DNA from: Thermoplasmatota archaeon
GTDB taxonomy: Archaea; Thermoplasmatota; Penumbrarchaeia; Penumbrarchaeales; Penumbrarchaeaceae
Assembly: GCA_049472215.1 (NCBI GenBank)
Contig: JBLIRH010000002.1
Location: 23,815 to 87,814 of the forward strand
DNA length: 64,000 nucleotides
Direction: 5' to 3'
Both the position numbers and the translations under genes were made by a program. This document shows, in pieces, positions 37,423 to 44,847 of this stretch. The notes under the pieces were generated by a model that saw only the letters and a list, made by a program, of their open reading frames with translations, searched no databases and was not told the DNA's origin. How positions within the stretch are numbered: position 1 is the stretch's first letter; every line of letters starts with the position of its first letter.

Positions 37423-37824
37423 CTACAGCCTCCCTCGCCCGGAACGTATCCTTTCCGTTCTTCCCTTATCCCTGGGTTTCGCCTCCCACCCCAGTTCCGA
37501 AAGGAGCAAAAGCTTCCCGTCCGGAAGAGGATAGACAGATGACACCACGGACATGGTCCCCCTGGCCGAGGGTATCAGGCTGGTCCGCAGGTTCTGGGGG
37601 GCCCCCGTATCAACAGCTATCTTCAAAGCATCGGGTAGTCCCATCACCTTTGCCATTGGGATTGCTTCTTCGAGCTTCAATTCGGAGATAGGGGTATCGT
37701 TCAATGGAGGGAGGTCATGGGAAGCCGCCTCGTTCATCCAGAGAACGGACATGGACACAGGATCGATGAGGGCCGCCTTGACCTTAACCGGGCCGTTCTT
37801 ACCATCAATTTTTCTGTCCACCAT
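37423..37824 (-). CDS. Hypothetical protein
   Basis: 133-aa ORF with protein-like composition and a basic tail. I recognise no family. Confidence 0.35.
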   Translation of the reverse strand: MVDRKIDGKNGPVKVKAALIDPVSMSVLWMNEAASHDLPPLNDTPISELKLEEAIPMAKVMGLPDALKIAVDTGAPQNLRTSLIPSARGTMSVVSSVYPLPDGKLLLLSELGWEAKPRDKGRTERIRSGRGRL

Positions 37825-37892
37825 ATCATCCTGCCCTTAACTGCATGATTATGGAAAGATCCCGTCTTAAACATGCTGATGAAGGCGGGTTA

Positions 37893-38240
37893 TTACCTCT
37901 TGCAGGACATCCTTCCCTGCTCAACCATATCCTCGGCATACCCGAGCCGGCCGGCCTCCTTTATCCTTCTCAGGCTCTCGTTCCTGTTGGAGCGAAGGAC
38001 GAAGGAAATGGTCCTCGCAAAGAAATTGTTCAGCTTTGCGCAATCCTTCGGATCAGAGAATTCGGCACAATCGGCACAGGTGGAATACCCGTGCTCCATG
38101 TTGCACGTTCTCACCTGGCACCAGGTCGCCTTCTCGTTCTTGGCACAACCCGGACACCTGCCGTTCTTGAACTTGCCGCATTCGCCGCAGTAGAGCCCGC
38201 AGAATGCAACAAGATCGGCGTTCGCTAATTTCTCGGCCAT
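37893..38240 (-). CDS. Cys-rich DUF3795-like protein
   Basis: FCGLYCGECGKFKNGRCPGCAKNEKATWCQVRTCNMEHGYSTCADCAEF matches the DUF3795 cysteine pattern. Confidence 0.6.
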   Translation of the reverse strand: MAEKLANADLVAFCGLYCGECGKFKNGRCPGCAKNEKATWCQVRTCNMEHGYSTCADCAEFSDPKDCAKLNNFFARTISFVLRSNRNESLRRIKEAGRLGYAEDMVEQGRMSCKR

Positions 38241-38378
38241 AGAGATCCCTTTACCAGGTGGATGAACGGGTATTTAACCCCGTCCGGACAGGAGTTCCGT
38301 GAAAGTAATTCTTTCAGTGAGTCCGGCGAACATGACAAATATTGAAACTGGCAATGTCGAAAAGGGAGTCATAGGAAG

Positions 38379-39236
38379 ATGCGGGATGACGAGGAAGAGG
38401 ATGAGGTCTGGGAGTCCAATAGTCTTTTGATATGGACACTGATCGCTGGAGCTGCGATCCTGACCCTGATATTCATTTGGGCCGCTATAAGGTTCAGCTG
38501 CTATGCACTTGCAGGTGCGGCTCTGCTTCTTGGTCTGATCGTTATCCTCGCCATCATGGGCCGCAGAAAAATGGAGAAGGAACGCTGGTTCAAGAAACTG
38601 TACCTCAAGGAACTGACAAGGTTCCCCGGCCGGACCTTCATCGGAGTTCTGCCGGAACATATCCGTAGAACGATGAATTCGTCCTCCTTTGACTTCGGCA
38701 TCAACCAATGGTGGGTCTCAATAGAAAGGCGGGGGCATACTATTTACACGGGAACCTTCTTCCGCAGCGTTCCGTCGATGGGTAATGATGATCACCAGCC
38801 GCCGGAGTACCACCTTTGTGCGGTGATGGAGCTCCCGCTCAAGGGAAGACATGTTAGCTTGACAAAGAACATCGACCTCCTGAGCCTGCCGAGGAGATTG
38901 GGCATCTCGGATTACAGATACGGCAATAAGTACTTCGAGGATAATTTTACCATCGTGGCGGAACCGAAGGACGAGGGGCATCTCATACTCACGGGCAGGG
39001 TGATGGATCGGATAATGAACAGCCTTAACGACTGCGAGCTCTACATTGGGGACGGTCTGCTTATCGTATCCGACAGGATCTCGGAGCTCTACCTTTATCA
39101 GAGCGCTAAGAACCCTGATGTGGACTGCATCCTCTACAAATGGAACGACAGCGTACCGGACAAGATGATCGATCTAAGTGAGACGTTACTCGATAGGGAT
39201 CCGAAAGAAGTGATCATTGCAGCTGAAGTTCCATGA
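38379..39236 (+). CDS. Membrane-anchored hypothetical protein (DUF3137-like layout)
   Basis: 285 aa with two N-terminal TM helices (LLIWTLIAGAAILTLIFIWAAI, ALAGAALLLGLIVILAIM) followed by a soluble domain. It converges on the hydrogenase large-subunit gene with only ~21 nt between the stops. Confidence 0.4.
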   Translation: MRDDEEEDEVWESNSLLIWTLIAGAAILTLIFIWAAIRFSCYALAGAALLLGLIVILAIMGRRKMEKERWFKKLYLKELTRFPGRTFIGVLPEHIRRTMNSSSFDFGINQWWVSIERRGHTIYTGTFFRSVPSMGNDDHQPPEYHLCAVMELPLKGRHVSLTKNIDLLSLPRRLGISDYRYGNKYFEDNFTIVAEPKDEGHLILTGRVMDRIMNSLNDCELYIGDGLLIVSDRISELYLYQSAKNPDVDCILYKWNDSVPDKMIDLSETLLDRDPKEVIIAAEVP

Positions 39237-39257
39237 CCGTGCATTTGATCTCACTTG

Positions 39258-40556
39258 TCACTTCTCGACGATCTTCACCATGTGGGTGGCACATGAGATG
39301 CAAGGATCATATGCCCTTGCGATGAGCTCCATCTTGTTTCGGAGCTCCTGCTTTTCCAGCCCCTGGTCGCTGAGGAGCTTTCCGACCTTCTTCATGTCCT
39401 GGTCGATGATCAGATTGTTGATAGCGGTGGGGGTGATGATATTGGCATCGGTTATCATGCCTTCTTTGTCGATCCAATATTCATGATAGAGCGTCCCCCT
39501 GGGGACCTCCAGCGAACCTATTCCATGGCTCTCCCTGGGCTCCACCTTCATGGGCTTCTCATCCTTTATCCCCAGATACAGCAATCTGTCGATGAGCTCC
39601 ATCGCGCGTTCCCAGGCATAGATACACTCAAAGGCCTGGCCCAGGTTGTTGTGAAGTATGTTGTTCGATGGGAACGGGAAGAAGATATCCTTCGCCTCGA
39701 GGATGTGGGGGTGCCTGAACTCCTTCATGATGTTGAGCCTGGAAAGCGATCCCACCATCACGGCGTCCCCCCCGGAGGTCTTGCTCACCTTCGCTGTGGA
39801 CCATGGGATGATCTCCTCCTTGATCACCTTCCGGTAATCGGAGAGAGGGAACCTCCTGTCGTCAAGTGCGATCATGTCGCCCATCAACGTGAACTCGTCA
39901 TTTTCGGAGGAGACGAGCGTGGAATACGGAGCTGTCAGCTCCATCTCCGAGGGATACGACAACGATGAGAACAACCTGTAGGCCTCGACAGTATCCTTCA
40001 CGTTCTCCCTGAGCTTGTCTCGAAGCTCCACGAGCTTCCTTCTCGATGGGATCCCAGTGAAACCTCCGATTATCGGTTTCTCGGGATGTATCGGCCTGCC
40101 GCCGATGAGCTCCTGGATGTCGTTCCCGATCCCCTTCAGCTTCAGCGCCCTGTTGACCTCGACGGGATGGTCCTTGTAGAGGGCTATCGCGTTGGGCATC
40201 CCGAGATAGTCCGGCAGCGCAAGGAAATATGTGTGGAGATAGTGGCTCTCAAGGATCGATCCCATGTGTATGAGCTCCCTTAGAAGCTCCGTCTGCTCCG
40301 AAACCTCGACCTCGAATGCCTGCTCGATCGCTTTTATCGATGCAAGCTTGTGGGAAACGGTGCATATGGCGCATATCCTGGTCACTATGGAGGGAACATG
40401 CCTGAAGTATTTGCCCCGGACCAGGACCTCGAAGAACCTGGGACCCTCGGTGATCGAGAAATTTACATCCTTTATCCGGTCACCGTCGAATTCCAGGAAT
40501 ATCTCCCCGTGCCCTTCGACCCTGGCGACCGGCTCTATCTCTACGTACTTCTTCAC
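39258..40556 (-). CDS. [NiFe]-hydrogenase large (catalytic) subunit, group 3-like
   Basis: 432 aa. The N-terminal ARVEGHGEI and RICAICTVSH (nt 40350..40379) and the C-terminal DPCISCATH (nt 39282..39308, checked on the DNA) supply both CxxC pairs that ligate Ni-Fe. Only 7 aa (MVKIVEK) follow the His. The GTG start overlaps the upstream stop (GTGA). Confidence 0.9.
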   Translation of the reverse strand: MKKYVEIEPVARVEGHGEIFLEFDGDRIKDVNFSITEGPRFFEVLVRGKYFRHVPSIVTRICAICTVSHKLASIKAIEQAFEVEVSEQTELLRELIHMGSILESHYLHTYFLALPDYLGMPNAIALYKDHPVEVNRALKLKGIGNDIQELIGGRPIHPEKPIIGGFTGIPSRRKLVELRDKLRENVKDTVEAYRLFSSLSYPSEMELTAPYSTLVSSENDEFTLMGDMIALDDRRFPLSDYRKVIKEEIIPWSTAKVSKTSGGDAVMVGSLSRLNIMKEFRHPHILEAKDIFFPFPSNNILHNNLGQAFECIYAWERAMELIDRLLYLGIKDEKPMKVEPRESHGIGSLEVPRGTLYHEYWIDKEGMITDANIITPTAINNLIIDQDMKKVGKLLSDQGLEKQELRNKMELIARAYDPCISCATHMVKIVEK

Positions 40557-41245
40557 TGGTCATCCCTCCTTGATCCGGCAAGATGCTCCATGACCTTCTT
40601 TCCTTCCTCGGAGTAGGAGAAGAGCTTGATCAGATCGATCACGTGGTCGAGGTTGATCCCGTACTTCGTGTAATCCCTGACCGCGAACTTGATGAGGTCC
40701 TCGTGGAATACGACCCCCCTGCAGCCGATACAGGTCGAACCGTTCCTCGTGCAGTAAGCGTTGCACCCGGAATATGTGAGAGGTCCGAGACAGATGTTTC
40801 CCCGGTAAAGGTTGCAGGATTCTCCCTGAAGTGGACACATAGCGCATACGACCGTTGCTGACAGGTCAAGGTCCCTGCAGAGAGGAACATACGGGCAATC
40901 TCCCGATGTCGGGCAGTCCCGGCAGCTCTGCTCGTGCTGGGACATTGTCAGCTGAAGGATCGTCCTCCTGAGATCGTAGAGCTTCCTCGAATTGGTATGG
41001 ATGATCATGTTCTCCCTGATGGGGGTCTGGCAGGATTCCCTGATGATCTTCGACTTCCCCTCCCCCAGTTCCACCAAGCACATCCTGCAGTTCCCGGTGT
41101 TCAATTTCCCGAGCACCGGATTGTAGCAGATGTGGGGAAGCTCCACTCCCCTCTCAATGCAAAGCTGCAGTATGGTCTGGCCGGGTTTCCCGAAATACTC
41201 CTTGCCGTCAATGACCACCCTCACCTTCTTCTCCACCATCGTCAT
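40553..41245 (-). CDS. HoxU/NuoG-N-terminal-like Fe-S protein fused to the medial/distal-cluster half of a group 3 [NiFe] small subunit
   Basis: 230 aa. The [2Fe-2S] motif is C40..C53xxC56..C72 (HICYNP...GNCRMC...ESC). The His-ligated [4Fe-4S] is HEQSCRDCPTSGDC (Hx3Cx2Cx5C). Then follows VCAMCPLQGESCNLYRGNICLGPLTYSGCNAYCTRNGSTCIGCRG, with 8 Cys in the CLGPxTxxGCxAxC...CxGCxG pattern of MvhG/FrhG/sulfhydrogenase-delta C-termini. Confidence 0.8.
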   Translation of the reverse strand: MTMVEKKVRVVIDGKEYFGKPGQTILQLCIERGVELPHICYNPVLGKLNTGNCRMCLVELGEGKSKIIRESCQTPIRENMIIHTNSRKLYDLRRTILQLTMSQHEQSCRDCPTSGDCPYVPLCRDLDLSATVVCAMCPLQGESCNLYRGNICLGPLTYSGCNAYCTRNGSTCIGCRGVVFHEDLIKFAVRDYTKYGINLDHVIDLIKLFSYSEEGKKVMEHLAGSRRDDQ

Positions 41246-42988
41246 CTACTCCACCTCCTCGACGGGCTTGTCGAAGGGGCCCATCCTTTCAAGCTCCTTG
41301 TAGAGCCTGGCTTTCAGGATCTGGTTCGACCAGTGGATAGCTCCCTGATTGTAGTTCTTCATCCTATTGATGCGGTCCTCGATGACACTTGGGTCCGTAT
41401 TGGGATACTGACCGCCTCCGGTGATGCACCCCTTCAGGCACGGAATGAACTCCACGAAATCGTAATCCTCGATATTGGAGAGAACATTGTCCGCATTGGT
41501 CAGGTCGGTCACCGTCGCGACCTTGAAATGAACGTCGGGATAGTCAACGGTCCTAACCACGGTCCCATCCTCGAGAACGATCTTCTGAAGCACATTCTGC
41601 CTTACCTTCAGGGCCATGGTGTAGTCCACGACCTCGTCCCCGAGCCCATCGGTCGCAGGCGTATCCGCAAGGATATCGATCAACGGCTCCGTCATGACGA
41701 ACCTGTCGAAGGAGACCGTTTCGATATCGCAGAGGTCGACGTTGATGCGGTTCTTCTGGATCAGCCTCGAGACCTCCTTGGTGGAGATCACAGCATCGAA
41801 GTCCGCCATCTTCTTCATGGCAGTGCACGGAGTGATCATTGCCAGGAAAACGGGCCCGTACCTCTTCTCGATCATCTCCCTGGCGATCGGGCCTGGTCTC
41901 GCTTCAAGATCGAGATAGTCCTTGTACTCGAATTTGTGCTTGGTGATCCAGATGTTGGCGGAGGGGCACCACGACATGATCTTGGTCCTTCCCGGATCGT
42001 CCAGCGAATCCTGGACCGTCTTGAATATCGACACATGCTGGGCTGCGGCGAAGTTGAAGACCTTCCACATGCCGAGCTGCTTCAGAGCGACGATGACCTT
42101 CCTCATGAGGGCGTGGGTGTTGTCAGGTTCATCGACCTGAAGGTTCTCAGAAAGTGAGGCCAGGATCATGGGATCGACCAGGGCGACCACGCGCTCTCCG
42201 CTTTTCAGGGCGTTCTCGAGCTTCTTGATGTTGTGTTCCCTCTCCTTCAGGGCCCCGCAGAAGCAGAACTGCACGCACTGGCCGCATGAGATGCAGGTCG
42301 TCCTAGCAAAGGTCGACCCGAAGGGGGTCGAGACCCTTTCCTTCCAGTTCCTGCCCACCATGGAGATCGCCTTTACCCCGAGTCCCTCGTCGCAGACATT
42401 GACGCATCTCCGGCAGGATATGCACTTCTCGGGCAGATAGTTGACCACGGGGTCCTTGATCTCCTCAACATCATCCGGTAACTGCCTGTCGATGGGCAGG
42501 GGGAGCGTCACGTTCTTATGGGGGTCCATGGTAGCGAACTTCTGGAAGTAGTAGATGACCTCGGACTCCCTGACGGGGCAGCCCCTTATGGTGTAATCGA
42601 CCTCTATGAAATAGTCCAGGGGATACGCCTTCTTCAGCGGCGTGGTATTGATCATGGTGGTCCCGTAGACCGCCTTGTAAGCTTCGGAGGCTCCCTGTAT
42701 GTCCTTTCCCGTGGCAACCCCGCCGGATGCAGCGCAGGTCCCTATCCCCACCACCCTTCTCGAGTTCTTCCTGATGTGGTGGAGGACCTCGATATCCTCC
42801 TCGGTCACCACCGCACCTTCCACGAAGGCTATGTCAAGCATCCCGAAATCCTGCCCCGAGGAGGCCATGGAGAATACCCTGATGTCAAGGGATTCGAAGA
42901 TCTCCAGAAGCTCCTCCTCGCAGTTGAGAATGGCCAGCTGGTCGCCGGCGCAGGAAGTGAGACCGAATATGCCGACCTTCACCTTCAT
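41246..42988 (-). CDS. Fusion protein of a [NiFe] small-subunit proximal-cluster domain, a 2x[4Fe-4S] ferredoxin and an [FeFe]-hydrogenase H-domain (with its small-subunit-like C-terminus)
   Basis: ORF 41246..43114 trimmed to the ATG at 42988, which forms an ATGA overlap with the NuoF-like stop. The first ~155 aa (MKVKVGIFGLTSCAGDQ...GIGTCAASGG...IRGCPV) are the Oxidored_q6-type small subunit. CISCRRCVNVCDE and CISCGQCVQFCFC follow. The last ~330 aa align along their length to clostridial HydA (LKQLGMWKVFNF / MSWCPSANIW / ITPCTAMKK / DAVISTKEVSRLI / EFIPCLKGCITGGGQ / RINRMKNYNQ). Confidence 0.8.
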   Translation of the reverse strand: MKVKVGIFGLTSCAGDQLAILNCEEELLEIFESLDIRVFSMASSGQDFGMLDIAFVEGAVVTEEDIEVLHHIRKNSRRVVGIGTCAASGGVATGKDIQGASEAYKAVYGTTMINTTPLKKAYPLDYFIEVDYTIRGCPVRESEVIYYFQKFATMDPHKNVTLPLPIDRQLPDDVEEIKDPVVNYLPEKCISCRRCVNVCDEGLGVKAISMVGRNWKERVSTPFGSTFARTTCISCGQCVQFCFCGALKEREHNIKKLENALKSGERVVALVDPMILASLSENLQVDEPDNTHALMRKVIVALKQLGMWKVFNFAAAQHVSIFKTVQDSLDDPGRTKIMSWCPSANIWITKHKFEYKDYLDLEARPGPIAREMIEKRYGPVFLAMITPCTAMKKMADFDAVISTKEVSRLIQKNRINVDLCDIETVSFDRFVMTEPLIDILADTPATDGLGDEVVDYTMALKVRQNVLQKIVLEDGTVVRTVDYPDVHFKVATVTDLTNADNVLSNIEDYDFVEFIPCLKGCITGGGQYPNTDPSVIEDRINRMKNYNQGAIHWSNQILKARLYKELERMGPFDKPVEEVE

Positions 42989-44283
42989 GACCTGCCACCT
43001 CCCATGGGACAGACCTTTGAAGGGCACTCTCCGCGGATATGAGAGTCGAAGACCTCCCTGAAATTGTTGTAGGCGGAGGAGAATGGGGTGGAAGCCGTCT
43101 TTCCAAGGCCGCAAATTGAAGCGGTGTCCATGACACCGGAGATCTCCATCGCCCGCTCAAGCTCCCCGTCCTTGGCTTTGCCCGTTCTCAACCTCTCCAA
43201 TATCCTTGATACGTGATGGGTCCCGGTCCTGCAGGGCGTACACTTTCCACAGCTCTCGTGTGAGAAGAAACCCATGAGATTGTGAGCGATATCAACAACG
43301 CAGCTCTTCTCGTTGAAGACCACGATCACCCCCGATCCCAGGGTGAGGCCGTCGGCCTCCGCATCCTCCATGGAGAACTTCGTCTCCAACCTCTCTTTGG
43401 GTATCAGCGAACCGGATGCGCCCCCGAGGAGCACGAAACCGATCTCCTTTCCGTCCACCCCGCCGCCGAGGTCGTTGATGATATCCATCAACGTGCATTT
43501 ACCCATTTCAACCTCGTAGGCACCTGGAGACTTGACATGCCCCGTCAGGGAAACGATCCTCGTCCCCGTCGATTGGGTTGTTCCTATTGACCTGTAATTG
43601 TCCCCGCCCTCCATGATGATGTAGGGGACGTTGGCAAGGGTCTCAACGTTGTTGACACAGGTGGGTTTATCGAACACACCCGAGACCGAGGTCCTTGTTA
43701 TCTTTATCTTGGCCTGGCCGGCCATCCCCTCGATGGATTGGAGGATCGCGGAAGATTCACCGCAGACATATGCCCCTGCACCCTTTACGACCTCGATCTC
43801 CAGATCGAAGTTCTTTCCAAGGATCCCCTTACCGAGAAGGTTGCGGTCCTTTGCCGTCTGAATGATGGACCTGAGCTTTGGGGGAAGGAAAGGGTATTCC
43901 CCGCGATTGTAGATGAAGGCCTTTTCGATGCCCATCGCATAGGCCGCGATCGTCATTCCCTCGATCAGGAGGAATGGGTCCGTCTCCACCAGCGTCCTGT
44001 CCTTAATAGTGCCCTCCTCGCCCTCGTCGAAGTTTGCAATGAGGTACTTCGGTGTTTTGTTCTGCATGGCCACTGATTCCCATTTGAAGCCGGCGTGGAA
44101 CCCGGCCCCTCCCCTTCCCCTGATGCGGGATTTCGAGACCTCGTTCACGACCCACCTTGAACCTTTATCAAGGGCTTTCTTCAATGCCTCGTAACCGCCC
44201 GCGCTGATGTAATGGTCGATGTTCCACCCGTCGTAACCGCCCCTTCCACGGTTCTTCAAGAGGATCCTGGTTTCCTGGACCAA
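42985..44283 (-). CDS. NuoF/HoxF/HydB-like NAD(P)H-binding FMN and [4Fe-4S] subunit
   Basis: GRGGAGFHAGFKWE is the FMN site. ANFDEGEEGTIKDR, GAGAYVCGESSAILQSIEG, ESCGKCTPCRTG and ICGLG supply the N3-type cluster. The TTG start abuts the upstream TGA. Confidence 0.9.
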   Translation of the reverse strand: MVQETRILLKNRGRGGYDGWNIDHYISAGGYEALKKALDKGSRWVVNEVSKSRIRGRGGAGFHAGFKWESVAMQNKTPKYLIANFDEGEEGTIKDRTLVETDPFLLIEGMTIAAYAMGIEKAFIYNRGEYPFLPPKLRSIIQTAKDRNLLGKGILGKNFDLEIEVVKGAGAYVCGESSAILQSIEGMAGQAKIKITRTSVSGVFDKPTCVNNVETLANVPYIIMEGGDNYRSIGTTQSTGTRIVSLTGHVKSPGAYEVEMGKCTLMDIINDLGGGVDGKEIGFVLLGGASGSLIPKERLETKFSMEDAEADGLTLGSGVIVVFNEKSCVVDIAHNLMGFFSHESCGKCTPCRTGTHHVSRILERLRTGKAKDGELERAMEISGVMDTASICGLGKTASTPFSSAYNNFREVFDSHIRGECPSKVCPMGGGRS

Positions 44284-44763
44284 TCACTCACCCCCCTTTC
44301 TCAGATCCTCGATCAGCTGGATCGCCTTTCCAATGTCCAGGTTGCGGTGGACGTCGTGATCGATCATCATGGCAGGTGACCCATCACACTGGCCGATGCA
44401 CGAGCTTTCCTCCAAAGTGAACAAGCCGTCGGCCGTGGTCTCTCCCTCCTTTATGGATAGGTGACCGCTGATGCCTGCCATGAGGTCCTTCGATCCCTTG
44501 CCGTGGCAGACGACACCGCGGCATAGCCTGATGACATGCTTTCCTTCCGCTTTCAATGTGAATTGTTCATAGAAGGTGACTACCGAATATATCCGCGTCA
44601 AGGGGATCTCAAGAGCATCTGCGATGTACCTTGCTGTCTCCCAGGTGATGCAGCCCCATGTCTCCTGGATCTTGTGAAGAAGAAAAAGCACTGGGGAATC
44701 GAGTCCCTTCGCCTCAGCCAGCAATCCGTCCAGAACCTTTATGTCCTTGACCCCGATCACCAT
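44284..44763 (-). CDS. NuoE/HoxE/HydC-like thioredoxin-fold [2Fe-2S] subunit
   Basis: 159 aa. IRLCRGVVCHGKGS ... ESSCIGQCDGSPAMMID gives the Cx4C...Cx3C pattern of NuoE-type [2Fe-2S] proteins. Confidence 0.85.
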   Translation of the reverse strand: MVIGVKDIKVLDGLLAEAKGLDSPVLFLLHKIQETWGCITWETARYIADALEIPLTRIYSVVTFYEQFTLKAEGKHVIRLCRGVVCHGKGSKDLMAGISGHLSIKEGETTADGLFTLEESSCIGQCDGSPAMMIDHDVHRNLDIGKAIQLIEDLRKGGE

Positions 44764-44847
44764 CTGCTACACCGACGGCCTGTAGCTCACCATGTTATTA
44801 AAACTATCTGTGCAAGGGATCTGCAGCCGTCCCTCCTGGAGCAGATC

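Noticed and set aside
40934-42157. 407-aa ORF on the + strand inside the hydrogenase operon
   Set aside because: It is antisense to the Fe-S and H-domain genes, whose cofactor motifs are unambiguous. The product is His/Pro/Leu/Asp-rich with no recognisable fold.
42989-43114. 42-codon N-terminal extension of the fusion-protein ORF (MRPWKDGFHP...)
   Set aside because: It overlaps the 3' end of the NuoF-like gene in another frame. The ATG at 42988 forms an ATGA stop/start overlap and yields the family-typical MKVKVGIFGL start.
39258-44763. Interpretation of the locus as an ordinary bidirectional HoxEFUYH [NiFe] hydrogenase
   Set aside because: The HoxY-equivalent gene is 580 aa rather than about 180 aa, and its extra ~330 aa align to the [FeFe] H-domain, including the three H-cluster motifs. 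The HoxU-equivalent also carries small-subunit-type cluster motifs. The plain Hox label does not fit.
44818-44847. Inverted repeat GATCTGC...GCAGATC just after the hypE stop, as a possible terminator or operator
   Set aside because: It has only a 7-bp stem with a 16-nt loop and no adjacent T tract. That is too weak to call.
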